A stretch of DNA of 64,000 nucleotides from Candidatus Woesearchaeota archaeon (GCA_046704725.1 JBJKRI010000004.1:1-64000); one strand, 5' to 3'. Shown: positions 40,494 through 50,823, counted from the first letter of the stretch. The notes: generated by a model not told the origin, from the sequence alone. Numbers and translations: made by a program.

Positions 40494-42551
40494 GTGGGAA
40501 CGAGCAGGAGAATCGCAGCAATAGCACTCGGACTAAGCATGCTCTTGCCCGCGGTGCGCGCCGCGGTCCCGAGTCAGAGCATCTGGCAAGGACTCGGGAA
40601 AGGATGGGCGCTCATCAATCCAGCGGCGGTCTACCAGCAGGGCAATCCCGCAGCGCACGTCATCGACGCGATACTCCTGTTCATCATCATCTTCGTGAGC
40701 GTCTTCGACATCGCGCGAAGCAAGGTCGGAGGACGCCAATTCCCCAAGAGCGTCGCGGCCGCGATGGGGCTGATAGTCTGGCTGCCGCTAGTCATCTACC
40801 TCAACGCGAACGGGCAGCTCCTGCTCACGAACATCTGGACGGTCTCCGCGTCCATCATCATCTTGACCCTGAACGTGGCGTTGCTCTTCCAGAAGTATGC
40901 GGCCTCGCTCGGCAAGACGACCAAGCGATGGAAGATTCTCTCGTTCCTGCTCGCGCTCGGGGTCGTCGGCGCGGGGATGACCGGTTTCCTCCAGCGCGCG
41001 ATCGCCACGTCGGCGACCGAACAGAGCGTGAAGGGATGGATGACCTATATCTACGGCATGGGTTGGCCGCTCGCGCTCATCTTCGGGCTCGGCATGCTCT
41101 TGCTCAGCGCGACAGGAGGCTACGCGCTGGGACGACAAGACAGGATGCGCGATGTCGCCTCCAAGAGTGACGACGCGGAAAAGAGAGCGAGAAAAGAACG
41201 GCGGCAGCGAAACAAGGAAGGCAAGAAGGACGACAAGTTCCTCAAGCGAGCCGAGCGTATCGAGACGGAGGCATCGGCTGACGCCGCGAGCCTGCGCGCG
41301 CAAGACCGCGGACTCGGGCAACGGCTCCAGGTCCTGCGGGTCCAGCTCCAGGACCTCAGCGACCACGTGAAGTCCTACGCGGAATGGAAACGCAAGAACA
41401 AACACGACCTGCCGAGCAACTACAAGGATAGCCTTGTCGCCGCGGCGAAGAGCTGGGAGACCCTTCTGCAGAGCTTCGAGGAGGACGTCGAGAAATTCGC
41501 GACGACCCTCAAGAAGGAAGCGAACACGATCGCATCGAACGTCAAGATCAATCTCGACGAGCTGCATACCCGTCGGCAACAGCTCGAGGGGACCAAGGCG
41601 AACATCGACTCCATCCGGAACGACGTGGAATCGATACGACGTGACGCCGCGAAGGCGCTGGCGGCAGCGGCAAAGGTGAAGCAGCGCAGCGTACAGGCAC
41701 AAGATGAAGAGGGTAGCCTGGCGGAATACTTCAAGAACAATACGAACGACCTGCGGAAATTCGCGAATCTCGCGGACAGTCAGCGCGGAATCATCGAGGA
41801 GCAGGAGCGGGCAGTCGCGACGTACGACACCGACGCGCAGCGCCTCGACAGCGCCATGCGCCAGGTCGAGAGCACCGAGCGCCTCGTCAGGAACGCAGAG
41901 AACGATATCGGCGAAATGCTCGACGAAGTCGTCAAGGATGTACGGAGCGCACGCGAGGACATCCGCAACGGGTTGGAGAATGTCAGAGTGAGCAGGACGC
42001 AGAACGCCGTGCGCGCGATCGACAAGGCGATCGCCACTGTGGCGAAAACGAATCAACTCGCGTCGCGACAGAGCGAGGCCGCACAGAACGCCGAGAATGT
42101 CATCGAAGAGCAAGAAAGAGCATGGGACCAGTTCTCCACCATCGATGACGGCCTCATCGGCAAGCTCCTGAATGCGGCAGAACGGGCGAAGGAACTGTTC
42201 ATCGCCTCCGATCTTGTCGAGGAGATATTCGACGGCGCGCTCATCCTCGAAGAACGCCTAAAGCAACTTCGGATAGCCATGGAGTACAACAAGAAGGACC
42301 ATCGGGGGGAATGGTTCAAGAGACAGCAGGTCGCGACCAAGGTCCTCAACGACGCGCGCAGCGAGATCAGTCGGAAACTTGAAGCGGTCATCAGGCGTGC
42401 CGCGCGCAAGCAGACGACTGTCGAAATGGCGAATACACTCCGTGAGATGCGCGCTCTGGCAGAGGGCTTGATAGCTGCGGTGACGCAAGATGAGGGCGCC
42501 GTGCGCAGGGATGCGCTCGCAAAATTGAAGGCTGTGAGGGCTGCCGTATGA
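40494..42551 (+). CDS. Multi-TM protein with long C-terminal coiled coil
   Basis: About 6 hydrophobic segments followed by about 450 aa of helical heptads. Confidence 0.75.
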   Translation: MGTSRRIAAIALGLSMLLPAVRAAVPSQSIWQGLGKGWALINPAAVYQQGNPAAHVIDAILLFIIIFVSVFDIARSKVGGRQFPKSVAAAMGLIVWLPLVIYLNANGQLLLTNIWTVSASIIILTLNVALLFQKYAASLGKTTKRWKILSFLLALGVVGAGMTGFLQRAIATSATEQSVKGWMTYIYGMGWPLALIFGLGMLLLSATGGYALGRQDRMRDVASKSDDAEKRARKERRQRNKEGKKDDKFLKRAERIETEASADAASLRAQDRGLGQRLQVLRVQLQDLSDHVKSYAEWKRKNKHDLPSNYKDSLVAAAKSWETLLQSFEEDVEKFATTLKKEANTIASNVKINLDELHTRRQQLEGTKANIDSIRNDVESIRRDAAKALAAAAKVKQRSVQAQDEEGSLAEYFKNNTNDLRKFANLADSQRGIIEEQERAVATYDTDAQRLDSAMRQVESTERLVRNAENDIGEMLDEVVKDVRSAREDIRNGLENVRVSRTQNAVRAIDKAIATVAKTNQLASRQSEAAQNAENVIEEQERAWDQFSTIDDGLIGKLLNAAERAKELFIASDLVEEIFDGALILEERLKQLRIAMEYNKKDHRGEWFKRQQVATKVLNDARSEISRKLEAVIRRAARKQTTVEMANTLREMRALAEGLIAAVTQDEGAVRRDALAKLKAVRAAV

Positions 42552-45500
42552 GCCCGTCTTTTCTCGCGTACCCGCTCGGACTGCTGAATCCCGCGCAGGT
42601 CTATCTCACCGCGCCGTACCTCTGGGACGCGATCATCTACTTCATGCTCTTCCTCGGTCTTGCGACGTTCGTCTACACGCAGAAAGGAACGTACGGGAAG
42701 AAACGTGGAAAGCCCGTCGCGATCGCCATCGCGATGGCGCTCACATTTTCGCTGTCAGTATGGGAATACACGAGCGGCTGGTATCTCGGTCAGACGCGCT
42801 TCGCCATCCTCCCCCTCATCATCTTGCTCGGGCTGTTCTTCCTGCTCTTCTATCGCATGCTCACACAGATGTTCAACATGAAGGCGCACTGCGCGGCGGC
42901 GATATCCTATTATCTCACCTACGCCGGCGCGGGTGGCATGTTCGACGGCGCCATCAGCTCCGGACTCTCGCAATACCCCTCGATCGGCATGGTGCTCGAC
43001 ATCCTGATACTCACCGCGTTCATCACGTTGATCGTGTGCGTCATTGGATTGTTCCCCAAGTCGACGCCGACGGGAACAGGTGACGATGGTGGGGGCACGT
43101 CGTCCGGAGCGGGCACCATGCCTGACGGGGGCCGGGGAGGCAACGAACCAGGAGGGTTGTCTCCAGGGAAACCCGGGAAAGGCGGGCTCGAGGTGAAACT
43201 GAAGGAGCCGAAGAACAAGGCGAAGATTTCGGTGGACGACAAACTTCCGGTGAAAGCGAAGATCAGCGGCGGGACCGGAAACTATGTGTGGCGTGTCATC
43301 ACGCAGAAGGACGGCGGCGATGCAGAAGAGCAGAAGCGAGGGAAAGGGGAGAACGTGAAGGTCTCTGTCGGACCCTTCCCGCCCGGGAAGTACCGTGTCT
43401 ACGTCATCGTGCAGGACGGTCAGTCCGAGGCCAATGCGAACGCCCGATTCCGCGTCGAGTACAAGGACTCACAACTCGGCGTGATCGAAGGGACCGGTGT
43501 CTACGCGACCACCGACGAGCCGGTCCAGGACCGGACGATATTCTATCTCGTCGACGAGTACTTCGACCAACTGACCGGAAAGGACGGCAAGCCCATACGG
43601 ACCACGGGTCGCGTGGATGACGACGAGTGCACGTTCGTGTTCAAGGATATCCCCATCCCCAAGGAAGGGATCAACGTATGGGTGCAGGGGTACACCCCGT
43701 CAGGTGAGAACGGACGCTCTGAAAGCGCGGTGAACCTGCGCCGCGACGATCGGAAGAAGAGCGTGCGCGTGCGCTTCGGCGTCTCACCCAATCGCGTACT
43801 GCCGCAATTCGAGCAACCGCGGGAAAACGCAGAGCTGCTGGCCGGAGAAACGAGTGATGTGAAGCTCTATTTCCACGGCCCGGCGGGGGCGACCGCCATG
43901 TACAGCATCTCACTTGTGGACCGCAATAGTCACGAGGTGGTAAACGTCGTGCAGAACGCGAGCGTCAGGATACTCGGTACGGCCGTGGAGCGAAGGCACG
44001 CGATGACGCATCCGAAGGCGCCCGGAGCATACACGCTGACACTGACCTACGTCCAAGGTGAGCGCCGCGGCTCGATCAAACGGGAGGTCAGGGTCGTGGG
44101 CTCCACCGAAGGGACGCTGCGGGTGTCCGTGAAGCCCGAGCAAGAGCAATACGAAACACTGGATGTGGTCAAGTTCCAGCTGCATGTGGACGGACTGCAG
44201 GGCGTGAAACGCGAATGGAGGGCCATCCGCGGGGAGAACAACAAGAAGATCACCGATTGGATTGCGCTGGAAGGCGACACCGGAACATTCGACGGCACGC
44301 TGCGACTGCGGCACGGCCTCAACTTAACAGGAAAGCAACGCATACGCATCCTCGTACGGGACGGATACTCTGTCGGCAGCGACGAATTCACAGTGGAAAT
44401 CTTGTCCTCGGAACCACAGCGTGCAGTGACCATCTCCGGGCATGTGACCGACAGCGGCGCGCCGTCAGAGGGCCGATATGTACAGGTGCTCGACGAAAGA
44501 GGCGCGGAGCTGAAACGTTCCGACGAGACGCGTATCACGCCGAACAACCCTGACCTGTCGGGCGCATACAGCCTGCAATTGGGTACCATTCCGGACGGAC
44601 CACTCATCATCCAGGTCGTTGGCGCGCCGCAGACTGCACGGCCGCTGCAGATTGCCGAAGGAGCGAACGAGATACACGAGGACTTCGACCTCTCCGGGAA
44701 CACAACGCCGACGCCCGATAGCAATGTGACTGTCTTCCGAGGTCTCGTGCTGCATGTAGAGCCCAATGGCCGGATAGTCGGACCAGCGGCTGGAGGGGCC
44801 GTGAGATTGTCTTTTGACGGTACGCTGATTGCGCAAACGAGGATCGCGGACAACGGCTCGTACGCAGTCCGCGACACGCACCCCAAAACAGGCGTATATG
44901 TGTTGGATGCGGACACTGCGCGTGGACACAAGACTTTGCGCATCCGCATCAACCGACCGGGTCGTGTCAGTGAGAACCTGTTGGTCCCCGTAGATGCGAA
45001 TACAGGACAGCAATTTATTGTTGAGGGCAAGGCAGTATATGATGACGGCCGCGGGATAACCGAGGTATTGCCGCGCAACAGTACAGCGCAGCTCATCAAG
45101 GACGGTCGCCAGCGTGGTATTCAAGGCGTGGGGCCGGACGGAAGCTTCCGTGTCGCGGATGACTCTCCAGTCAGAGGCGATTACTTGCTCGTCATCGAGA
45201 CTCCCTTTGGCGAACGAGAATCCAGGACTGTGCGCTACGATCCGGACAGTCCGTCGATAGAGAAGAATATCAAGGTTGAGCGCGTGCAGACGGTCGTTGT
45301 CGGGCGCGTTCTCTCGGGAGGACACGGCGTTCCCGACGCGGAAGTGTCCGTGCTCACGCCGCGGGGTGAACCTGTTGATTGGAATACGACGACGGATCGT
45401 GAAGGGCGCTTTTCATTCGACGGTGTCCCTCGACTCGGAGAGTTCTATCTGCAGGCAATCACTGCTGAGGGGACCGGGCGCACGGAGTTGCTGAGAATGC

Positions 45501-46153
45501 CTGACACCGGCCGGATCGACGGCCTGGATATCGAGATAGCCGCTGGGCGAGACGGGAGCGAGGCGCGGTCGAGAACAGTGACTGGCAGCGATGCACGTCT
45601 GATTGTCAAACCCGCCGAGCAGACCGCAGATCATCTGCGCACGAACGGTAAGAATGTCTGGTACGGTGACGTGCGCAATCCGCTCACCGGGCAGAACCGC
45701 CTCGATTTCGAGATCTTTCCCCCCAAGGTTCCTGTGAGAGGCAATTTCCGCATCGCCGTCGGTGTGTCCGCGATATCCGGGAATGAGCGAAAGGACCTCA
45801 CGAATCGACAATTCAGCGCGTTGCACTTGAAGCTGTTGGCCCGCAGGAAGAAGGGAGAACCCATGACCAGTGAGATATCCTTCACAGCGGGCAGGGGAAG
45901 GGATGAAGGACGCTGGGTCGCGAACAATCAAGCAGTGTTCCAAAGCGCGGAAAGCATCAATGCAAGCCTGTTGCTGGATCTTTCTGACGGCGAGTCAGCG
46001 TTCGATATCGTGCCGGGCGCCGAGGCCTTCGTATTCGTCGTCACAGTGCATATAGGGACGCGGAACACGGTGAGCGAACTAGCCGGTGAGAAACTGATCG
46101 GGTATGCGGTCCTCACTGTCCGGAAGCCCGCCACGCGTCAAGAGGGCTCTTGA
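42548..46153 (+). CDS. Large multi-TM protein with tandem Ig/carboxypeptidase-regulatory-like beta domains
   Basis: N-terminal TMs, Gly-rich linker, repeated (I/V)xG(x)V...G.F/Y modules; ATGA overlap with upstream gene. Confidence 0.75.
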   Translation: MSPSFLAYPLGLLNPAQVYLTAPYLWDAIIYFMLFLGLATFVYTQKGTYGKKRGKPVAIAIAMALTFSLSVWEYTSGWYLGQTRFAILPLIILLGLFFLLFYRMLTQMFNMKAHCAAAISYYLTYAGAGGMFDGAISSGLSQYPSIGMVLDILILTAFITLIVCVIGLFPKSTPTGTGDDGGGTSSGAGTMPDGGRGGNEPGGLSPGKPGKGGLEVKLKEPKNKAKISVDDKLPVKAKISGGTGNYVWRVITQKDGGDAEEQKRGKGENVKVSVGPFPPGKYRVYVIVQDGQSEANANARFRVEYKDSQLGVIEGTGVYATTDEPVQDRTIFYLVDEYFDQLTGKDGKPIRTTGRVDDDECTFVFKDIPIPKEGINVWVQGYTPSGENGRSESAVNLRRDDRKKSVRVRFGVSPNRVLPQFEQPRENAELLAGETSDVKLYFHGPAGATAMYSISLVDRNSHEVVNVVQNASVRILGTAVERRHAMTHPKAPGAYTLTLTYVQGERRGSIKREVRVVGSTEGTLRVSVKPEQEQYETLDVVKFQLHVDGLQGVKREWRAIRGENNKKITDWIALEGDTGTFDGTLRLRHGLNLTGKQRIRILVRDGYSVGSDEFTVEILSSEPQRAVTISGHVTDSGAPSEGRYVQVLDERGAELKRSDETRITPNNPDLSGAYSLQLGTIPDGPLIIQVVGAPQTARPLQIAEGANEIHEDFDLSGNTTPTPDSNVTVFRGLVLHVEPNGRIVGPAAGGAVRLSFDGTLIAQTRIADNGSYAVRDTHPKTGVYVLDADTARGHKTLRIRINRPGRVSENLLVPVDANTGQQFIVEGKAVYDDGRGITEVLPRNSTAQLIKDGRQRGIQGVGPDGSFRVADDSPVRGDYLLVIETPFGERESRTVRYDPDSPSIEKNIKVERVQTVVVGRVLSGGHGVPDAEVSVLTPRGEPVDWNTTTDREGRFSFDGVPRLGEFYLQAITAEGTGRTELLRMPDTGRIDGLDIEIAAGRDGSEARSRTVTGSDARLIVKPAEQTADHLRTNGKNVWYGDVRNPLTGQNRLDFEIFPPKVPVRGNFRIAVGVSAISGNERKDLTNRQFSALHLKLLARRKKGEPMTSEISFTAGRGRDEGRWVANNQAVFQSAESINASLLLDLSDGESAFDIVPGAEAFVFVVTVHIGTRNTVSELAGEKLIGYAVLTVRKPATRQEGS

Positions 46154-46901
46154 CGTCCTTGATCGTGTCGCGCGTAACGTGCGTGTAGATCTGCGTGGTC
46201 TGCAGGTTCGCGTGCCCGAGCAGTTCTTGGATGATTCGAACGTCCGTGCCCCCCTCGAGCAGGTGCGTGGCGAACGAGTGGCGGAGCACGTGCGGAGTCA
46301 CGTGTTTCGCGATGCCCGCGCGCTCGGAGGCATCCGCGACGATCGCTTGCACGTTGCGCGTGGTCATTGTGCCGTCGCCGAAGATGAAACCCTCGCCTCG
46401 CAGCTGTTCGCGCAGGCTGTCGGGGATGACGGTGATGCGGTCCTTACCCCCCTTTCCTTGTCGTACGTGCAAGGTACCGTCCGAGGAGATGTCGTCATAG
46501 CGGAGCTTGACGAGCTCGGAGACCCGCAGCCCGCAGGCGTAGAGCAACTCGATCATGAGACGGGACTGCTTCGTGGGAGCCGCCTGCACCAGTGAAGCGA
46601 CCTCTTCTTTCGTCAGATGGACAGGATGCTTCTGCGCGACCTTCGGAGCGCGGATGCCGGTGAAACCGCGCTCGAGGACCTCATTGTAGTAGAAGAGCAA
46701 TGCGCTGCGCGCGAGATTCACCGTGCGCGATGCCTTGCCATCGTCAATGAGCGTCGCGAGGTACGCTTTGATATCGTCCTTGGTGACATTCTCAGCATCC
46801 TTGCCCAGCCGCTTGAGGAACTGCGTGTTGTAGCGCAGATACGCCTTCTTGGTGTGCGGGGACAATCCGCGGAGCGTCATCTCCGTCTGCAAACGCTTCA
46901 T
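46113..46901 (-). CDS. xerA: Tyrosine recombinase XerA (XerC/D-like)
   Basis: GLRVSEL, GKGGKDR, HVLRHSFATH, LGHANL.TTQIY; N-terminal SAM-like domain. Confidence 0.9.
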   Translation of the reverse strand: MKRLQTEMTLRGLSPHTKKAYLRYNTQFLKRLGKDAENVTKDDIKAYLATLIDDGKASRTVNLARSALLFYYNEVLERGFTGIRAPKVAQKHPVHLTKEEVASLVQAAPTKQSRLMIELLYACGLRVSELVKLRYDDISSDGTLHVRQGKGGKDRITVIPDSLREQLRGEGFIFGDGTMTTRNVQAIVADASERAGIAKHVTPHVLRHSFATHLLEGGTDVRIIQELLGHANLQTTQIYTHVTRDTIKDVKSPLDAWRASGQ

Positions 46902-46939
46902 TTTATGCGAATACACTTACATCCTTCTTAAGGGCATCG

Positions 46940-47515
46940 CTACGCTACCAATTCGAGCTGCGGCTTGGCAGTTGGGATTGTTTCGTACAACTGTTCAGGC
47001 AGTTCCCTCTTGAGGTCGCGATAGATCGTGGAGGTCGATACACCCCACAGATTGGCGATATCGCGTACAGATGTCCCTTGCTTCCGCATCGCTTGAGCGT
47101 TCATCGCACGTCCGGCGATGTCCCAGGGGCGGGCTTCCCTCCGCGAAAGCCTGTTTGAAGTGCGTATTTCGCGGTATAGCTCCTCTTGACTGACTGTAGA
47201 GCTCGCTATGATGTGATATACCGGGGTGTTCGAGTTATAATAGAGGTCGATCGCAGTCTCCAGGGTTATGGGCCCGGAGCTTTGAAATGCCGTTTGCGGA
47301 CTGGGAGCTGGTGTTTGTGGGACGGGAACTGCCTGTGCATCGGTATCAGAATTGGTGGGCTCACGTACAGGGATGACGAGCGGGATCATCGGTTCCTCAG
47401 CAGATCGAAACAGATCCAGTACTCTGGCTACAAGACCGTGCGCACGCGCTGTCAAGTCATAAGCGCGTGTGAGAATAGTCTGCTTCGGTATGAACTGCTG
47501 AATCGTCTGATACAT
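46940..47515 (-). CDS. Hypothetical protein with C-terminal HTH
   Basis: GTSVRDIANLWGVSTSTIYRDLK. Confidence 0.65.
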   Translation of the reverse strand: MYQTIQQFIPKQTILTRAYDLTARAHGLVARVLDLFRSAEEPMIPLVIPVREPTNSDTDAQAVPVPQTPAPSPQTAFQSSGPITLETAIDLYYNSNTPVYHIIASSTVSQEELYREIRTSNRLSRREARPWDIAGRAMNAQAMRKQGTSVRDIANLWGVSTSTIYRDLKRELPEQLYETIPTAKPQLELVA

Positions 47516-47926
47516 CGCTGTTTGCTGCAACTGCTTTGGTGCGTAGCGCGAAGTCCGTTCAGTAGGTGTGGATGCGCGGTCGCGCAACGCTGCGTATCCT
47601 TCGTGGATTCTTGCTGAGAATCTGCCTCACACTGATTCCGTTGGGTTGCGTGACCTCTCTAAAGCGTTTTCGATAATCATTACTGAATAGGGGTATATCT
47701 CCATGCTATTTAAATATGCATTCTTTGATGTGTTTAATGGGCTGTATTATGATTATAATATATGCTTATAAATAATAGACGTTGTATTGTGAATTGTATG
47801 TCCAATATGTTAGTACTATTAAATTATGTGTTTCGAGGATGTCTGAAATATGTCGTTTTGTCGTAAAACTTTTTGTAGAGGATGGAATGCTGCGGCTTTA
47901 TAAAGTGCTCCGTGCAAATACGCCCC

Positions 47927-48544
47927 ATGAAATCGAGCAGACGCGCAGTGACCTGGGCGGTACTCAGTACGATTGTCGCGGGAAATGCCCTCGCAGGCTG
48001 CAGGATCGCCACACCGAGCAAGAAGACCCCTGAAGAGCTTGTCCCGGCCGCCACACAAGTGGAGCATGAAATGGAAGAGGGCAGATTCGCCGATGCCGGC
48101 GAGAAATTCGTGAGCTTTGCACAGGCGTGCCCTGGCACCGTGGACGCGCAGCAGGTCGGCGAGGTCTGCGCGAGTCTCGAATTGATCAAGAAGTACGCCG
48201 ATGCCATGATTGCCAACAAGGGGCTTGAAAGCTGGAAAGCTGGGCTGTCCGAGCTGGACCATGAGAATATGGCGTTTCTCACTGAAGGGCTCAAGCACTA
48301 CGCCAAGCTCATGAACGGATCGGATTATGATCTCCGAAAGCGGATGCTCTATGGGTTGCTGCCTACCCTGAACAAGGTACGCGACGGTCTTGAGCTGACT
48401 GTGCAGGCGAAGAACTCCTCCGTCTCCAAGCCGAGGGGAATTCTCGCTCGAGCGACAGGTTTGTCGCCCGACTGGGTATTGAAGGATGCGGAGAAGACGC
48501 GGAACGCGTATCTGAAGGCGCTTTCCCAGGCACTGCAGCCATAG
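47927..48544 (+). CDS. Putative lipoprotein
   Basis: MKSSRR...ALAGC lipobox; TTTATAAA about 23 nt upstream. Confidence 0.7.
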   Translation: MKSSRRAVTWAVLSTIVAGNALAGCRIATPSKKTPEELVPAATQVEHEMEEGRFADAGEKFVSFAQACPGTVDAQQVGEVCASLELIKKYADAMIANKGLESWKAGLSELDHENMAFLTEGLKHYAKLMNGSDYDLRKRMLYGLLPTLNKVRDGLELTVQAKNSSVSKPRGILARATGLSPDWVLKDAEKTRNAYLKALSQALQP

Positions 48545-48570
48545 TTCGCATAATATACATTATCTGTATT
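48543..48570. other. dif-like Xer recombination site
   Basis: AGTTCGCATAA-TATACA-TTATCTGTATT: 11-6-11 layout with ATAA/TTAT cores, 1.6 kb from xerA. Confidence 0.72.
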
Positions 48571-48763
48571 TATTTTCCGCCTGAATCGTGGTTTGTTTAA
48601 ATAGGGGGATGTAGAAGACAGGAAATCATGCACGAAACGTCTCATTTGTCTAGGAAAGCCCAATAGTTTGCTGCTGTTTGTTGCGATTCCGATCCCACCA
48701 TCTAACAAACATACAGTACACAATACATCATGAATATGTACTTTATGCCCATAGATTTTAGAA

Positions 48764-49792
48764 TTACAGAACTGGTTCGTTCCCGTTGTGGAAGAAGGCG
48801 AAGACCTTCTTCTCGATGGTGAAATCATCGTATCCATGCATGAAGAGTGCGATGGCCACGCCGATGAGGACGAAGTGCGGCCACACCGCCTCTTTGAAGA
48901 AGATGAGGCTGATGGTGAGAAACGTCAGGAAGAACAATGACGTAAAGCGGATGTCCATGCCGATGATGTAGAACAATCCGATGAGGATCTCCACAATCAT
49001 GGCCCCGAGCACCAGGAACATGGGGGAGAAGTGGAAATATGTGGTCAGATGGTAGGCTTTCACCGTGTCGAGGGCCAGGTCGGAATGGATGAGCTTGGCG
49101 TAGATGCTCGCATAGATCAGGCTAATGCCGAACAGCACCCGGAGAATCGGGAAGGTATAGCGCTCGAAGCTGGCGAAACGAGGCTTGAGCTTTCTCCACA
49201 CGTGGTCGAGGGAGAAGGTCTCTCCGCCCAATATGAGGACGAAGATCATCTCCCCGAGGTAATTGACGTAGGTGAGGGTGTACATGCCCTTGTTGAAGAG
49301 CACCGTGATGAAGCCCAAAAGCGCCACAAGCGCCGCAGGACGCGTCATGAAGCCGAGTATCAAGAAGACGCCGATGATGAAGAACGCCGCTCTCCAGAAG
49401 GGAGCGAAAGAGCCGAAGAGCGTCGATAAGGGTATCTCCGGACCGAATAATGCGTTGAAATAGCCCGCGGCGATCATGCACACGCCAAGCGTCCAGCGTG
49501 CGGCGATGCCCGCGTAGGGCTTGAGCTTGAGCAGCCAGGGATCGATCCCGCGCTGGATGAAATGCGACATGGAGAGCAGGAATATCGCCACGACAAGGAC
49601 TGTAGCCAGGAAACCCCAGAAGAAGAACTGCAGCTCGTCATGCGGGATGAGTGTGAGCGGGTCGGGGCTTCTCGCGGCCACGTCGCGAGCGATCGTGGAC
49701 TGGTTGAGGACGTAGATCTCGTGGGCCGAGACGGTCCCTGCCAGGCACAGCAGGAGTGTTGCTGCAAGGAGTATCGCTGCGAATCTCCACAT
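48764..49792 (-). CDS. DoxX-family membrane protein (duplicated domain)
   Basis: AHEIYVL; two DoxX-like units (R..LG...G.MTR; LRVLFG...E.LIG...G...R). Confidence 0.75.
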   Translation of the reverse strand: MWRFAAILLAATLLLCLAGTVSAHEIYVLNQSTIARDVAARSPDPLTLIPHDELQFFFWGFLATVLVVAIFLLSMSHFIQRGIDPWLLKLKPYAGIAARWTLGVCMIAAGYFNALFGPEIPLSTLFGSFAPFWRAAFFIIGVFLILGFMTRPAALVALLGFITVLFNKGMYTLTYVNYLGEMIFVLILGGETFSLDHVWRKLKPRFASFERYTFPILRVLFGISLIYASIYAKLIHSDLALDTVKAYHLTTYFHFSPMFLVLGAMIVEILIGLFYIIGMDIRFTSLFFLTFLTISLIFFKEAVWPHFVLIGVAIALFMHGYDDFTIEKKVFAFFHNGNEPVL

Positions 49793-49816
49793 CTTCTTAA
49801 CTACACGAAACGGTAC

Positions 49817-50146
49817 TTAAGCGTTCTGCGACCCCGCACGAGTGCGCACGGAACGGATCTTGTGCCGTAGACCGCGGAACAGCCTCGAGAACTCCTTGTA
49901 CAGCTCCGAGAGCTCCTGTTCCCCTCGCATCGAGAGCTTATAGCGCTTCTCCCTGCCCGAGCTTCTGTACGTGATGAGATGCTTTCTGTGCAGCGTCTTG
50001 AGCGCTGGATAGATCGTTCCTGGAGTCAGGAGGGCTCCGCGGCGATCGCCGATGCGTTTCGCTAGCTCTGTCCCTGTGGATGGCGTCCGCAGCTCGTGCA
50101 GGAGCAGGAAGGCGAGCGGCTCTGTGAGTTCGACGGCCCGTTTCAT
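49817..50146 (-). CDS. PadR family regulator
   Basis: TPGTIYPALKTL, REKRYKLS..G. Confidence 0.88.
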   Translation of the reverse strand: MKRAVELTEPLAFLLLHELRTPSTGTELAKRIGDRRGALLTPGTIYPALKTLHRKHLITYRSSGREKRYKLSMRGEQELSELYKEFSRLFRGLRHKIRSVRTRAGSQNA

Positions 50147-50301
50147 GGCCGTCCATTCTCTGCCAGGGATATAAATATTGTGTTTCCAATATCAATAAAT
50201 ATGTTTCGCACACAATATCTAATAACTATAAGCGATTAATGATATTTTAAGATATGTGCAATTATTTTATTGTATTTACGATATGCTGAATAATTGGTTA
50301 T

Positions 50302-50823
50302 CTATTGCTGTTGTTCAAACAAGGATAATTGCATATCCCGACTCAATTGCTTCGAGAGATTATCATCGATGCCGACTATATTGTGACGTGCTTGAAGCTC
50401 GTGGAACTCGATGTCCAACAAGAGCAAGAACCGTCCCTCGGGCGAGCGCTGCTTGATCACCGGCACCCCTTTCTGGATGAGAGCGAACACCAGATCCTGA
50501 ACGTGCGACGACGGAAGGGAAAGGCGACGGGACAGCTCGGCATACCCGATCGGACCCGCCGCGGTATAGAGCAAGAGGAAGACCTCCTGCTCGCGAAGCG
50601 ACAGGGAGATACGCGAAAAACGCCCGAACGCGGGATCCTCCAGTCGCATTTGAAACCCTGCAAGGGCGTCTTGCACCTTGCAGAGCCGCTCACTCAACTC
50701 GAGAAGCATAGCGCGATTCTCGAGAGTCTCTTCGGTATTCGAGTTGATCGCGTCCAAGTGCTCGTCAAGCTCCTCCTTGACGGCGCCGAACGCCTGTCGC
50801 AGTCTTTTCTCCTTGCGGAACAA
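50302..50823 (-). CDS. Coiled-coil plus winged-helix protein
   Basis: TTG start after GGGGGT; AF..VKEELDEHLDAINSNT coil; LSLREQEVF...Y.ELSRRL...LIQKGVPVIK. Confidence 0.72.
   Translation of the reverse strand: MFRKEKRLRQAFGAVKEELDEHLDAINSNTEETLENRAMLLELSERLCKVQDALAGFQMRLEDPAFGRFSRISLSLREQEVFLLLYTAAGPIGYAELSRRLSLPSSHVQDLVFALIQKGVPVIKQRSPEGRFLLLLDIEFHELQARHNIVGIDDNLSKQLSRDMQLSLFEQQQ

Noticed and set aside
47748-47777. Second dif-like palindrome GATTATAA-TATATGC-TTATAAAT
   Set aside because: 7-bp spacer and no TTCGC arm; easily arises by chance in AT-rich DNA
46113-48544. Provirus or integrative element at the tyrosine recombinase
   Set aside because: No viral, replication or conjugation genes and no flanking att repeats; better explained as chromosomal xerA/dif
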